Assembly: GCA_017620615.1 (NCBI GenBank)
Contig: JAGAUW010000012.1
Coordinates: forward strand, 30,221 to 94,220
Source of the DNA: Clostridia bacterium
GTDB lineage: Bacteria; Bacillota; Clostridia; Monoglobales; Monoglobaceae
Direction: 5' to 3'
DNA length: 64,000 nt
The notes beneath the pieces are model-generated. The model saw nothing but the letters and a program-made list of their open reading frames with translations. It searched no databases and was not told the origin of the DNA. A program made the translations under genes and the position numbers. Positions within the stretch are counted from its first letter, which is position 1. Each line of letters opens with the position of its first letter. Of the stretch, positions 47,607 through 55,567 are shown piece by piece.

Positions 47607-48374
47607 TTAAGCAGCCATTCTATTATCTGCATACTCAAAGTACTCTGGATTGAGTTCTACACCTAAATAATATCTGTCTAATTCTCTTGCACAATACAAT
47701 GTTGAACCTGAGCCAGCACAAGGGTCAAATACAATATCACCAGCATTTGTGTTGTCATTGATTAATTCTTTCAATAACTGATGATTTTTTTCAGTTATAT
47801 TTACAGGGTTTTTCTTACCATGCTGATGCCTAAACACAGTATTCTTGCAAAAAGCATTAAATGTTCCTTTTGGCTTTTTGAAATATACCGCATTTTCTAT
47901 GCCTGACAAGTAAGAGTGTTGTCCGTTCATAGGACTTGGGTTTGTCTTCTCCCAAATTAACTGCCTTACGGTTCCACCATCTTTTTTCTTCTTATCATTG
48001 AAGAAGGATATTATCTCACTTACCTGTGTTTGACCACAAAAGATAACTATTGTGGAAGAAGTAACTCTATACACTTCTTCAAGAAAATCCTTAAGCTCAA
48101 AGGTTAAAATGTCTGCTTTCCCTTTGTCCAAATTTCTTAATCCATTACTTGACCTGCTAACTTCGTTGTAAGGAATATCTGTCAATGTCATAGCAACTGA
48201 CTTTGGTGCCATGAGAGGCATAATTTCCATACAATCACCCATAATCAAACTATTTAACTCAAAACCATTTACCAGACCATTCTTCTTTATGTAATCCGTT
48301 GTTTCAGCAACAGTGTTGTCAAAAATGGTATTTAATTCTTCTAAATTGTAATCGTTAGTTTTCTTCATAGTCAA
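47607..48374 (-). CDS. Orphan beta-class N6-adenine/N4-cytosine DNA methyltransferase
   Basis: Motif IV-like TDIPYN lies N-terminal and motif I FDPCAGSGST lies C-terminal (beta permutation, N6_N4_Mtase-like). No adjacent endonuclease. Confidence 0.8.
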   Translation of the reverse strand: MTMKKTNDYNLEELNTIFDNTVAETTDYIKKNGLVNGFELNSLIMGDCMEIMPLMAPKSVAMTLTDIPYNEVSRSSNGLRNLDKGKADILTFELKDFLEEVYRVTSSTIVIFCGQTQVSEIISFFNDKKKKDGGTVRQLIWEKTNPSPMNGQHSYLSGIENAVYFKKPKGTFNAFCKNTVFRHQHGKKNPVNITEKNHQLLKELINDNTNAGDIVFDPCAGSGSTLYCARELDRYYLGVELNPEYFEYADNRMAA

Positions 48375-48388
48375 AATCCCCCTATTTT

Positions 48389-48691
48389 TTAATTTTCAAA
48401 TAACTCTTGTTCCCAAATTATATTGCCGTTTGCGGCATTATTTAATGCTAATTCAATTATATCTTCTTCAAAATGTTCATCAGTATCAATGCGAATGCCT
48501 GTCTCTGCTGCCTGTGGTACTTCAAACCCAAACTGATGTATTAAATCGCCATTGAACTTAAGTTTGGCGTATATCGAAACCATGTATTTGTTGGCTTCTG
48601 GCTTTTCATACATAATATAAATTTCTTGATTTTCATTTAACTCTACTTTTAATGTTTTAATATTTTCTGATATATTTTTAAATTTTTTCAT
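48389..48691 (-). CDS. Hypothetical protein (100 aa, acidic C-terminus)
   Basis: ORF in the same operon as the methyltransferase. No recognisable motif. Confidence 0.5.
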   Translation of the reverse strand: MKKFKNISENIKTLKVELNENQEIYIMYEKPEANKYMVSIYAKLKFNGDLIHQFGFEVPQAAETGIRIDTDEHFEEDIIELALNNAANGNIIWEQELFEN

Positions 48692-48709
48692 AATTGAAAT
48701 CCCCCTAAA

Positions 48710-49213
48710 TTATTTAATTAATTTTTCTATCTTGGTATGCTCTTTAAGTATGAGTTCCAAGTTTTTATCAAAATTTTTGAGTTCTTCTTCAAGGTGCTCA
48801 ATCCATTCTTGTTGTTTACGGATAGTGCTATCTGAAGAATTAGCCCACTTCATAACACCCAACTTTTCTTGTTCATTAAGCAAGTCATATTTGCGTCGTT
48901 GCTTGGTGTACTCTTCTCTGCTGAACTCGTTAATCTTAATTCCTTCTGCAAGTTCCTTTGCCTTTTGGTAGCCTACGGCGATGCCGCCGTCGTAATCGTC
49001 AAGATATGTAACCTTGTAAATGTTCTTTCTGGTTTTGTAGTGGTTACGCACATAAGCAAGTATGTCGTCAAAGTCTTCATCAAAATAGAACTCCATACCT
49101 TCAATGCTAAAATAGCCCTCGTCAAAGTTGTAAAAAGCCATACCATACTTGGCAAGAAATATTATAAATCTTATCATCTCACTTGAAACTCTTTCATTAA
49201 TATCATTTTTCAC
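48710..49213 (-). CDS. Hypothetical protein (167 aa; acidic patch plus C-terminal coiled coil)
   Basis: ...FYFDEDFDDILAY... followed by a K/E-rich helix. Confidence 0.5.
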   Translation of the reverse strand: MKNDINERVSSEMIRFIIFLAKYGMAFYNFDEGYFSIEGMEFYFDEDFDDILAYVRNHYKTRKNIYKVTYLDDYDGGIAVGYQKAKELAEGIKINEFSREEYTKQRRKYDLLNEQEKLGVMKWANSSDSTIRKQQEWIEHLEEELKNFDKNLELILKEHTKIEKLIK

Positions 49214-49307
49214 TTTAAAAATCCTCCATAAATCTATTTATTTGGCAGGCAATTTTTAACGTGGTAGCCTACCAACCCACCAATGATGTCGGACTAACTT
49301 ACTCTAA

Positions 49308-49628
49308 TCAATTAGTTGTTGCGTAATAGTAGGAAAGTTCTTCTTCATTCAAATTTTCAGATGCATACTCATCAGCCTGTATCAACAACTTATCATATAA
49401 TTTTGCAAGTGTAGAATTGGTATTGCTATGTTCCCAAACTTTCCAATTTAGAACCATCACAAACTCTGTAAGCCATTTGTAACCCATATTCTTTGCGGTT
49501 TCAAAATTGTAATCGAACGTGTCTTTTACCATATCGTAACCGTAATGCTCGGCGAACGAGAAGTCAAAATGAAATGTCGTTATAGGCTTGTAGCCTGTAA
49601 GTTCTTCTATATTCCAATATTTAATCAT
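49308..49628 (-). CDS. Hypothetical protein (106 aa)
   Basis: First gene of the minus-strand operon. No recognisable motif. Confidence 0.5.
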   Translation of the reverse strand: MIKYWNIEELTGYKPITTFHFDFSFAEHYGYDMVKDTFDYNFETAKNMGYKWLTEFVMVLNWKVWEHSNTNSTLAKLYDKLLIQADEYASENLNEEELSYYYATTN

Positions 49629-49940
49629 AATTTCTTATAAAGCAGACCTGCCGCAAATATCTGCTCTTTCTCCCTATAAATATTTTTCATTGCTGCGGCA
49701 CAATGTTATATAACGAAATTGATGAGAAGACTTCAAACTTCAATATTCAGTTGTAAGTCCACTACCGAAACGGTAGTGCGTCAAATATCTGGTATTATCT
49801 ACCTCCCTTTGTTAAAATCTTTTGTGATATCACGTTGTGATTGAGAAATCAATGGTTTCGCAACTCACAAGTCAATTCTACAGGAAAAAAATTAATCAAT
49901 CAAAGCGTGGCTCAAATATGAGCCAAATATTTTTATAAAG

Positions 49941-49976
49941 GTCAAATTTGACAAATCTATTGACTTGTGGTATCAT
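49941..49976 (+). promoter_or_regulatory. Promoter with overlapping 12-nt perfect palindrome (candidate operator)
   Basis: GTCAAATTTGAC (49941-49952) overlaps the -35 TTGACA (49948-53). 17-nt spacer, extended -10 (TGg)TATCAT. Confidence 0.6.
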
Positions 49977-49997
49977 ATATGCAAAGGGGGTCTTGAT

Positions 49998-50822
49998 ATG
50001 GGAATAATTAAACATACATATACCGAAGACCGAAACGGTTTTAATCATTTTCTGCAAGGTGCCAGATTTTCACAAGAATACAAGCAGAATTTTATCAACT
50101 ATCTGCGTGGTAAATTAGAATATCTTCAAGATGAAGAAACCGATATAGATGAAAAAAAGAGAAAACATGATATAAAGGAAACAGAAGACTATATAGACCT
50201 ACTGGAAAATTCTGATTATATAGTTGATGATGCCATAGCATACATTACGGATGTGTCCGTTTCAACCGTAAAGCGTTGGAAAACTGTGGAAGGTGCTAAG
50301 ATTGCTTACCCTAACTCTCAACAGTTAATTGTTCTGGCAAATGCTTTCGGAGTTACTGTAAATGCGATGTTGGAAGAAACGACATTAAACGACTATGTGT
50401 ATAAAGAAACTGTTGACGGTAACTATGAGCATCTTATCGAGCAAGGAGTTGATGTTGAGAAGTTACGCAAAATATATGACGGCAAATGCGGCAATGACGG
50501 AGAGTTTTCATTAGTTCTTGACGGTCTTAATTATCTGTTTGCTGAAAAAGAAGAACCGTTCTCAGTCCTGAAGAAACTTGCCCTGTACTTAAAGGATGCT
50601 AAATTTAATATGGACTATTGCTATTCAATGAACGACATATCCGATTTTTCTTCTTCAATACTGAATTATTCACATTCAGGTTTGTCGATTGAAGAGTGCT
50701 TGAAAGAAATAAGAAACAGACTTGACAGCCTTCCGAAAAATATTAGGTCGTCTGAAAACGATAACTACGATGCTCTTTGCAGGGCTTTACAGAAATATAA
50801 AGAAGAATTAAAAAAAAAATAA
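49998..50822 (+). CDS. HTH-domain protein (274 aa), putative island regulator
   Basis: Central segment ...IAYITDVSVSTVKRWKTVEGAKIAYPNSQQLIVLANAFGVTVNAMLEE resembles an XRE-type HTH. RBS AAAGGGGG before ATG 49998. Confidence 0.55.
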   Translation: MGIIKHTYTEDRNGFNHFLQGARFSQEYKQNFINYLRGKLEYLQDEETDIDEKKRKHDIKETEDYIDLLENSDYIVDDAIAYITDVSVSTVKRWKTVEGAKIAYPNSQQLIVLANAFGVTVNAMLEETTLNDYVYKETVDGNYEHLIEQGVDVEKLRKIYDGKCGNDGEFSLVLDGLNYLFAEKEEPFSVLKKLALYLKDAKFNMDYCYSMNDISDFSSSILNYSHSGLSIEECLKEIRNRLDSLPKNIRSSENDNYDALCRALQKYKEELKKK

Positions 50823-50827
50823 CATCC

Positions 50828-50860
50828 GGCGATGGTACTGCGTGTACCATCGCCGTTATT
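50828..50860 (+). terminator. Terminator hairpin (11-bp stem)
   Basis: ggcgatggtac-tgcgt-gtaccatcgcc. Confidence 0.65.
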
Positions 50861-51077
50861 ACGCTCTTAAACGCACCCAGGACGCCCCGTGTCTCAGATT
50901 TATTATCTTGGTGGGTAAATTGTTGTCGGAGAATAAAAACGGATTTTTGCCCACTTTTTGTCCATATTATATATAAATAGGTAAAAACTCGAAAAAATCC
51001 TTGGCAAAAATCGGATTACGCGGTATGATGTCACATGCAAGGGGTTATCCCTAATAAATTGAAAAGGATGAAGAAAA

Positions 51078-51311
51078 ATGGAACATAAAGTTATAAGTGA
51101 TTATCGGATGCAGCATCCAAGAAGTTACGAGCGCAATCGCGGACGTGACGGAGCAAAAGCGATGAGTTATTATCTCCCTGATGACATCATTGATTTGCTG
51201 AACTTGAAAGCGGCACGCGAAAAATGCACCAAATCGGAGTTGGTATTGGAAGGGTTAAAATATGTTCTTCGGGAAGAAATAAGGGAAATAAAACTCAACT
51301 CCACCCTATAA
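51078..51311 (+). CDS. Ribbon-helix-helix (CopG/antitoxin-like) protein
   Basis: ...MSYYLPDDIIDLLNLKAAREKCTKSELVLEGLKYVL.... Own promoter TTGGCA-17-TATGAT (51003-51031) and own terminator. Confidence 0.6.
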   Translation: MEHKVISDYRMQHPRSYERNRGRDGAKAMSYYLPDDIIDLLNLKAAREKCTKSELVLEGLKYVLREEIREIKLNSTL

Positions 51312-51315
51312 ATCA

Positions 51316-51357
51316 CCGGGCAGGCAGGTTGTAAAAACCTTGCCTGCCCGGTTTATT
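51316..51357 (+). terminator. Terminator
   Basis: ccgggcaggca...tgcctgcccgg followed by tttatt. Confidence 0.75.
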
Positions 51358-51445
51358 GTCCTGTTTAACGGACATCAGACCGTATAAAATTATACTGCGG
51401 AGGTGTAATTGTGCATCGGGAGCAGATTTTCAATTTCAAAAAAAT

Positions 51446-51506
51446 AATTACATTTTTCTGTAATTTTTTATAAATTATTGAAATTGTAATCGAAATGTGC
51501 TATAAT
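51446..51506 (+). promoter_or_regulatory. Promoter of the type I R-M operon with AATTACA/TGTAATT inverted repeat (candidate controller operator)
   Basis: AATTACA (51446-52) and TGTAATT (51459-65), plus a third TGTAAT in the spacer. TTGAAA (51478-83) - 17 nt - (TGc)TATAAT (51501-06). Confidence 0.55.
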
Positions 51507-51548
51507 TTATGTATTGATGTCAAACTTTAACGGTAAGGATGGGTAGAT

Positions 51549-51755
51549 ATGATAAGTTATAGACCTTTCAGAGTTCTGGTTGCGGAAAAGAATTTGGAAA
51601 CAACTGCTCTTGCACAGGAACTTGGTATTTCTCCAAGTACAATGGCAAAACTCAACGCCAAAAAAGAAGAAAATGAGGCTGTGTCGTTGAAAACCATAGA
51701 CAAATTGTGTAAACATTTCGGGGTTTCGATAGACCAGATAGTAGAAATAAGATAA
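51549..51755 (+). CDS. Small XRE-family HTH protein (controller-like) leading the R-M operon
   Basis: 68 aa: ...LAQELGISPSTMAKLNAKK...LKTIDKLCKHFGVSIDQIVEI. Lies 12 nt upstream of hsdM. Confidence 0.8.
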   Translation: MISYRPFRVLVAEKNLETTALAQELGISPSTMAKLNAKKEENEAVSLKTIDKLCKHFGVSIDQIVEIR

Positions 51756-51767
51756 GGAGATTGTGTC

Positions 51768-53273
51768 ATGGCAGTTAATAATGCAAATATAGGGTTTGAA
51801 AAGCAAATCTGGGATGCAGCGTGTGTTCTCTGGGGACATATTCCTGCTGCTGAATACAGAAAGGTTATTGTCGGGTTGATATTCTTAAAATATATCTCCA
51901 CAGCCTTTGAAAAGAGATATAATGAGCTCGTTGCGGAAGGCGACGGATTTGAAGATGATATTGACGCATATTTGGAAGATAACATCTTCTTCGTTCCGCC
52001 TGAAGCTCGTTGGAGTACCATCGCATCTGCGGCACATACACCTGAAATAGGTGCGGTAATTGATAACGCAATGCGTGCAATCGAAGAACAGAACCCTAAA
52101 CTTAAAAATGTTCTTCCGAAGAACTACGGCAACCCAGACCTTGATAAGCGTGTATTAGGTGATGTAGTTGACCTTTTCACTAATAATATGAATATGGAAG
52201 ATACGGAAGAAAGCAAAGATTTGCTTGGTCGTACCTATGAGTTCTGTATCGCAAATTTCGCGGAGTACGAGGGCGTTAAAGGCGGCGAATTCTACACACC
52301 ATCAAGCATTGTTAAGACCATCGTATCTATTTTGAAGCCATATGATAACTGCCGAGTATATGACCCTTGCTGTGGCTCTGGCGGTATGTTCGTACAGAGC
52401 GTCAAGTTCTTACAGGCTCACTCCGGAAATCGAAATAAGATTTCTGTTTACGGACAGGAAAGTAATGCAGACACGTGGAAGATGGCTAAAATGAATATGG
52501 CGATACGCGGAATTGATGCGGAATTCGGTCCGTATCATGCCGATACCTTCTTCAATGACCTGCATCCGACACTTAAAGCCGACTTCATTATGGCAAATCC
52601 GCCGTTCAACCTTTCAAACTGGGGTGCAGATAAATTAAAGGACGATGTTCGTTGGAAGTATGGTATGCCCCCTGCTGGTAATGCCAACTTCGCGTGGATA
52701 CAGCACATGATACATCACCTTGCTCCTAATGGTAAGATTGGACTTGTCCTTGCTAACGGTGCTCTTTCAACACAGAGTTCGGGCGAAGGTGAAATCAGAA
52801 GGAATATCATCGAGAGTGACCTTGTAGAAGGTATTGTTGCACTACCCACACAATTGTTTTACAGCGTAACAATTCCCGTAACATTGTGGTTTATAAGCAA
52901 GAATAAAAAGCAGAAAGGCAAGACCTTATTTATCGATGCTCGTAAAATGGGTTATATGGTAGATAGAAAACATCGTGATTTTACCGATGAAGATATACAG
53001 AAACTTGCCGACACATTTGCAGCATTTCAGGACGGAACTCTTGAAGAAGTTAAGGGCTTCTGCTCTGTTGCCACCATTGAAGATATACAGAAACAGGACT
53101 ACATATTAACGCCTGGTAGATACGTGGGTATTGAAGAACAGGAAGAAGACGATGAGCCGTTTGAAGAAAAGATGACAAGATTGACTTCCGAACTTTTTGA
53201 GATGTTCGATAAATCTCACAACCTTGAAAATGAAATTCGCAGAAAGTTGGGGGCGATTGGGTATGAAGACTGA
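51768..53273 (+). CDS. hsdM: Type I restriction-modification system methyltransferase subunit
   Basis: HsdM N-terminal domain (IWDAACVLWGHIPAAEYRKVIVGLIFLKYIS), motif I DPCCGSGGM, motif IV NPPF. Confidence 0.95.
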   Translation: MAVNNANIGFEKQIWDAACVLWGHIPAAEYRKVIVGLIFLKYISTAFEKRYNELVAEGDGFEDDIDAYLEDNIFFVPPEARWSTIASAAHTPEIGAVIDNAMRAIEEQNPKLKNVLPKNYGNPDLDKRVLGDVVDLFTNNMNMEDTEESKDLLGRTYEFCIANFAEYEGVKGGEFYTPSSIVKTIVSILKPYDNCRVYDPCCGSGGMFVQSVKFLQAHSGNRNKISVYGQESNADTWKMAKMNMAIRGIDAEFGPYHADTFFNDLHPTLKADFIMANPPFNLSNWGADKLKDDVRWKYGMPPAGNANFAWIQHMIHHLAPNGKIGLVLANGALSTQSSGEGEIRRNIIESDLVEGIVALPTQLFYSVTIPVTLWFISKNKKQKGKTLFIDARKMGYMVDRKHRDFTDEDIQKLADTFAAFQDGTLEEVKGFCSVATIEDIQKQDYILTPGRYVGIEEQEEDDEPFEEKMTRLTSELFEMFDKSHNLENEIRRKLGAIGYED

Positions 53274-53481
53274 AAAAGAACTTAAAATCAAATTTAGTGC
53301 ACCACTTAATGATGGTGATACGGAAACTCAAACTTATGGATGCAGAGCAAATAATCCAGATATATGCGGCAATGCTTACATGGATGGAGTTTGTGCTTTT
53401 GTAAGTTCTGATTGTATTTGCAAAAAACCATCTTCTGCATGGAAAAGACAGTATATGAAATTGAAAGGAGATGCCAAATGA
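53263..53481 (+). CDS. Small Cys-rich hypothetical protein (72 aa) nested between hsdM and hsdS
   Basis: MKTEKELKIKFSAPLNDGDTETQTYGCRANNPDICGNAYMDGVCAFVSSDCICKKPSSAWKRQYMKLKGDAK. ATG overlaps the hsdM end by 11 nt, and the stop overlaps the hsdS ATG (ATGA). Confidence 0.45.
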   Translation: MKTEKELKIKFSAPLNDGDTETQTYGCRANNPDICGNAYMDGVCAFVSSDCICKKPSSAWKRQYMKLKGDAK

Positions 53482-54620
53482 CACAGAATTATAGATTTGG
53501 TGAAATTTGCGATGTCTTAAATGGAAGAGCATATAAGCAAAATGAACTCCTTTCAAGCGGGAAGTACCCTGTGTTGCGTGTTGGTAATTTCTTTTCGAGC
53601 GATAGATGGTATTATTCGGATATGGAACTACCCGAGAATAAGTACTGTGATAATGAAGATTTGTTGTTTGCGTGGTCTGCTTCTTTTGGCCCTAAAATAT
53701 GGGATGGCGGAAAGGTAATATATCATTATCATATATGGAAATTGGTTCCCGATACTTCAAAAGCGGATAAATATTATCTGTACTACTGGTTAAAGCATTC
53801 TGTAAATCGTCTTACAGCAGGAACACACGGAAGTGTTATGGCGCACATGACCAAAGGAGATATGGAAAATCAACAGATTGAACTCCCGTCGTTAGATGTC
53901 CAGAAGAAAGTAAGTTCGATTTTGAAAACATTAGATGATAAAATTAAATTAAATAATGAGATAAACTCTAATTTATTTGAGCAAGTTAAGACGTTATATT
54001 ATAATATGATTAATTCTGACTGTAACCATACGTCAACAAAATTGTCTGAATTGTGTGATTTTCAAGAAGGATATGTAAATCCTTCACAATCTCACTCTGA
54101 GTATTTTGAAGGTGAAATTAAATGGCTACGTGCAGTAGATATTAATGAAAGTTTTATAATAAATACATCTCGCACATTATCAAAACAAGGCTTTGAGAGT
54201 GCAGGAAAAAGTGCTCTCCTTTTCAAACCTGACACAATTGCCATAAGTAAATCTGGAACAGTTGGAAGATTGGGTATTATTGCAGATTACATGTGCGGAA
54301 ATCGTGCGGTTATAAATATCACACCCAAAGATGCTTCGATGATTACGTTTATTTATTCATATCTTCAATCGAAGCAAGCGGAATTCCCAGATTTAGCGGT
54401 GGGTAGTGTTCAAAAAAATCTATACGTATCCGTATTGGCAGATTTAGATGTTCAGTTGCCTGACGAAAAGTATTTGAAAATCTTTTCCGAAACCACCATA
54501 CCACTCTACAATACAATCTCAAACAACTGTAAAGAGTGCTTGGAATTAGCGTTAATACGTGACACTTTACTACCGAAATTGATGTCGGGAGAGATAGACT
54601 TGTCCAATATTTCTATTTAA
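53478..54620 (+). CDS. hsdS: Type I R-M specificity subunit
   Basis: 380 aa with two TRD-like halves separated by conserved helices (...LPSLDVQKKVSSILKTLDDKIKLN... and ...LIRDTLLPKLMSGEIDL). Confidence 0.9.
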   Translation: MTQNYRFGEICDVLNGRAYKQNELLSSGKYPVLRVGNFFSSDRWYYSDMELPENKYCDNEDLLFAWSASFGPKIWDGGKVIYHYHIWKLVPDTSKADKYYLYYWLKHSVNRLTAGTHGSVMAHMTKGDMENQQIELPSLDVQKKVSSILKTLDDKIKLNNEINSNLFEQVKTLYYNMINSDCNHTSTKLSELCDFQEGYVNPSQSHSEYFEGEIKWLRAVDINESFIINTSRTLSKQGFESAGKSALLFKPDTIAISKSGTVGRLGIIADYMCGNRAVINITPKDASMITFIYSYLQSKQAEFPDLAVGSVQKNLYVSVLADLDVQLPDEKYLKIFSETTIPLYNTISNNCKECLELALIRDTLLPKLMSGEIDLSNISI

Positions 54621-54651
54621 GCCGCTAAATTATAGTTTATAGGAGAATTTG

Positions 54652-54870
54652 ATGATGTTTATATCAGATACATATCAGTGTGAGTGTGATACAAAATTTG
54701 AATGGAAAACATATTTTCTACAATCAGGAGAGTGCATCTTTGGAAAATGGGATAACATTGAGAAAAATATTGTTAATAAAACGTTAAGTAATAATGTGTG
54801 CCATATCACAATTGTTTGCCCTAACTGTCATCGACAATATTGTATAACCAAAGATCTAGATACAAAATAA
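54652..54870 (+). CDS. Small zinc-ribbon-like protein (72 aa)
   Basis: MMFISDTYQCECDTKFEW...ITIVCPNCHRQYCI (CxC...CxxC). RBS AGGAG 6 nt upstream. Confidence 0.55.
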   Translation: MMFISDTYQCECDTKFEWKTYFLQSGECIFGKWDNIEKNIVNKTLSNNVCHITIVCPNCHRQYCITKDLDTK

Positions 54871-54883
54871 TTAGGAGTATATT

Positions 54884-55567
54884 ATGGAGTATATCAAAAA
54901 ACAAGTACATACCTGTTTCCACTGTGGTAATACCGGATTACTTAAATTTATTGGCAAAACCGAATGGAAAGATGAAGATATTGCAAAAGACGGTGCAGGT
55001 AATATTATTAATTATACGCTGATAGAACACGAAGATTGGTATGTTTTTGAGTGCCCTGTATGCAATAAACCTGTTATTATAAGCGAATATGTCCTTGATG
55101 TTGCAGAAACTCCTGCAGAATACAAAACAGAGTATCCTACCATTGCGGTATCGCCTATTGGCGTTCCAAAAGAAATATACTCTGCGTTTGAAGCTGCTGT
55201 AAAAACAAAAGGCATAGACCACTCGATTTGTTTACTGTCATTACGAAGAGTTCTTGAGATGATTTGTAAGGAAAAAGGTGCTGTTGGTAAAGATTTAGAA
55301 AAGAAAATTGATGATTTGATTGAAAAAAAGGTTTTTCCACCAATGATTGAAGATGCCTGCTGGATTATCAGACAAATGGGTAACGACGCAGCACATGCTG
55401 ATAAAATAACTCTATATTCGTATGATGTAGAACAAGTTATTGGATATGTAGCCACAATAATAGATTACCTATACTCGCTTCCATATCGTGTGGAAAAAAT
55501 GAAAACAAAAATTCAGGAGCGGAAAAGAACTTCCAAGAAAACAGACGAAAATAAGGAGAATAAGTAA
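54884..55567 (+). CDS. Zinc-ribbon plus DUF4145-like domain protein (227 aa)
   Basis: N-terminus CFHCGNTG...ECPVCNKP. C-terminus ...AFEAAVKTKGIDHSICLLSLRRVLEMICKEKGA...IEDACWIIRQMGNDAAHAD matches the DUF4145 helix pattern (...R..lE.......I..lR..GN.AAH). Confidence 0.65.
   Translation: MEYIKKQVHTCFHCGNTGLLKFIGKTEWKDEDIAKDGAGNIINYTLIEHEDWYVFECPVCNKPVIISEYVLDVAETPAEYKTEYPTIAVSPIGVPKEIYSAFEAAVKTKGIDHSICLLSLRRVLEMICKEKGAVGKDLEKKIDDLIEKKVFPPMIEDACWIIRQMGNDAAHADKITLYSYDVEQVIGYVATIIDYLYSLPYRVEKMKTKIQERKRTSKKTDENKENK

Noticed and set aside
49760-49778. Perfect 8-bp hairpin cactaccg-aaa-cggtagtg in the divergent promoter region
   Set aside because: There is no T-run on either strand and no repeat elsewhere. 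It may be a protein site or may be fortuitous. It is not enough for a feature call.
51557-53556. Antisense ORFs within the XRE/hsdM/hsdS region (51557-52021, 51865-52080, 53050-53556)
   Set aside because: They are antisense to well-supported R-M genes and have no motifs or RBS.
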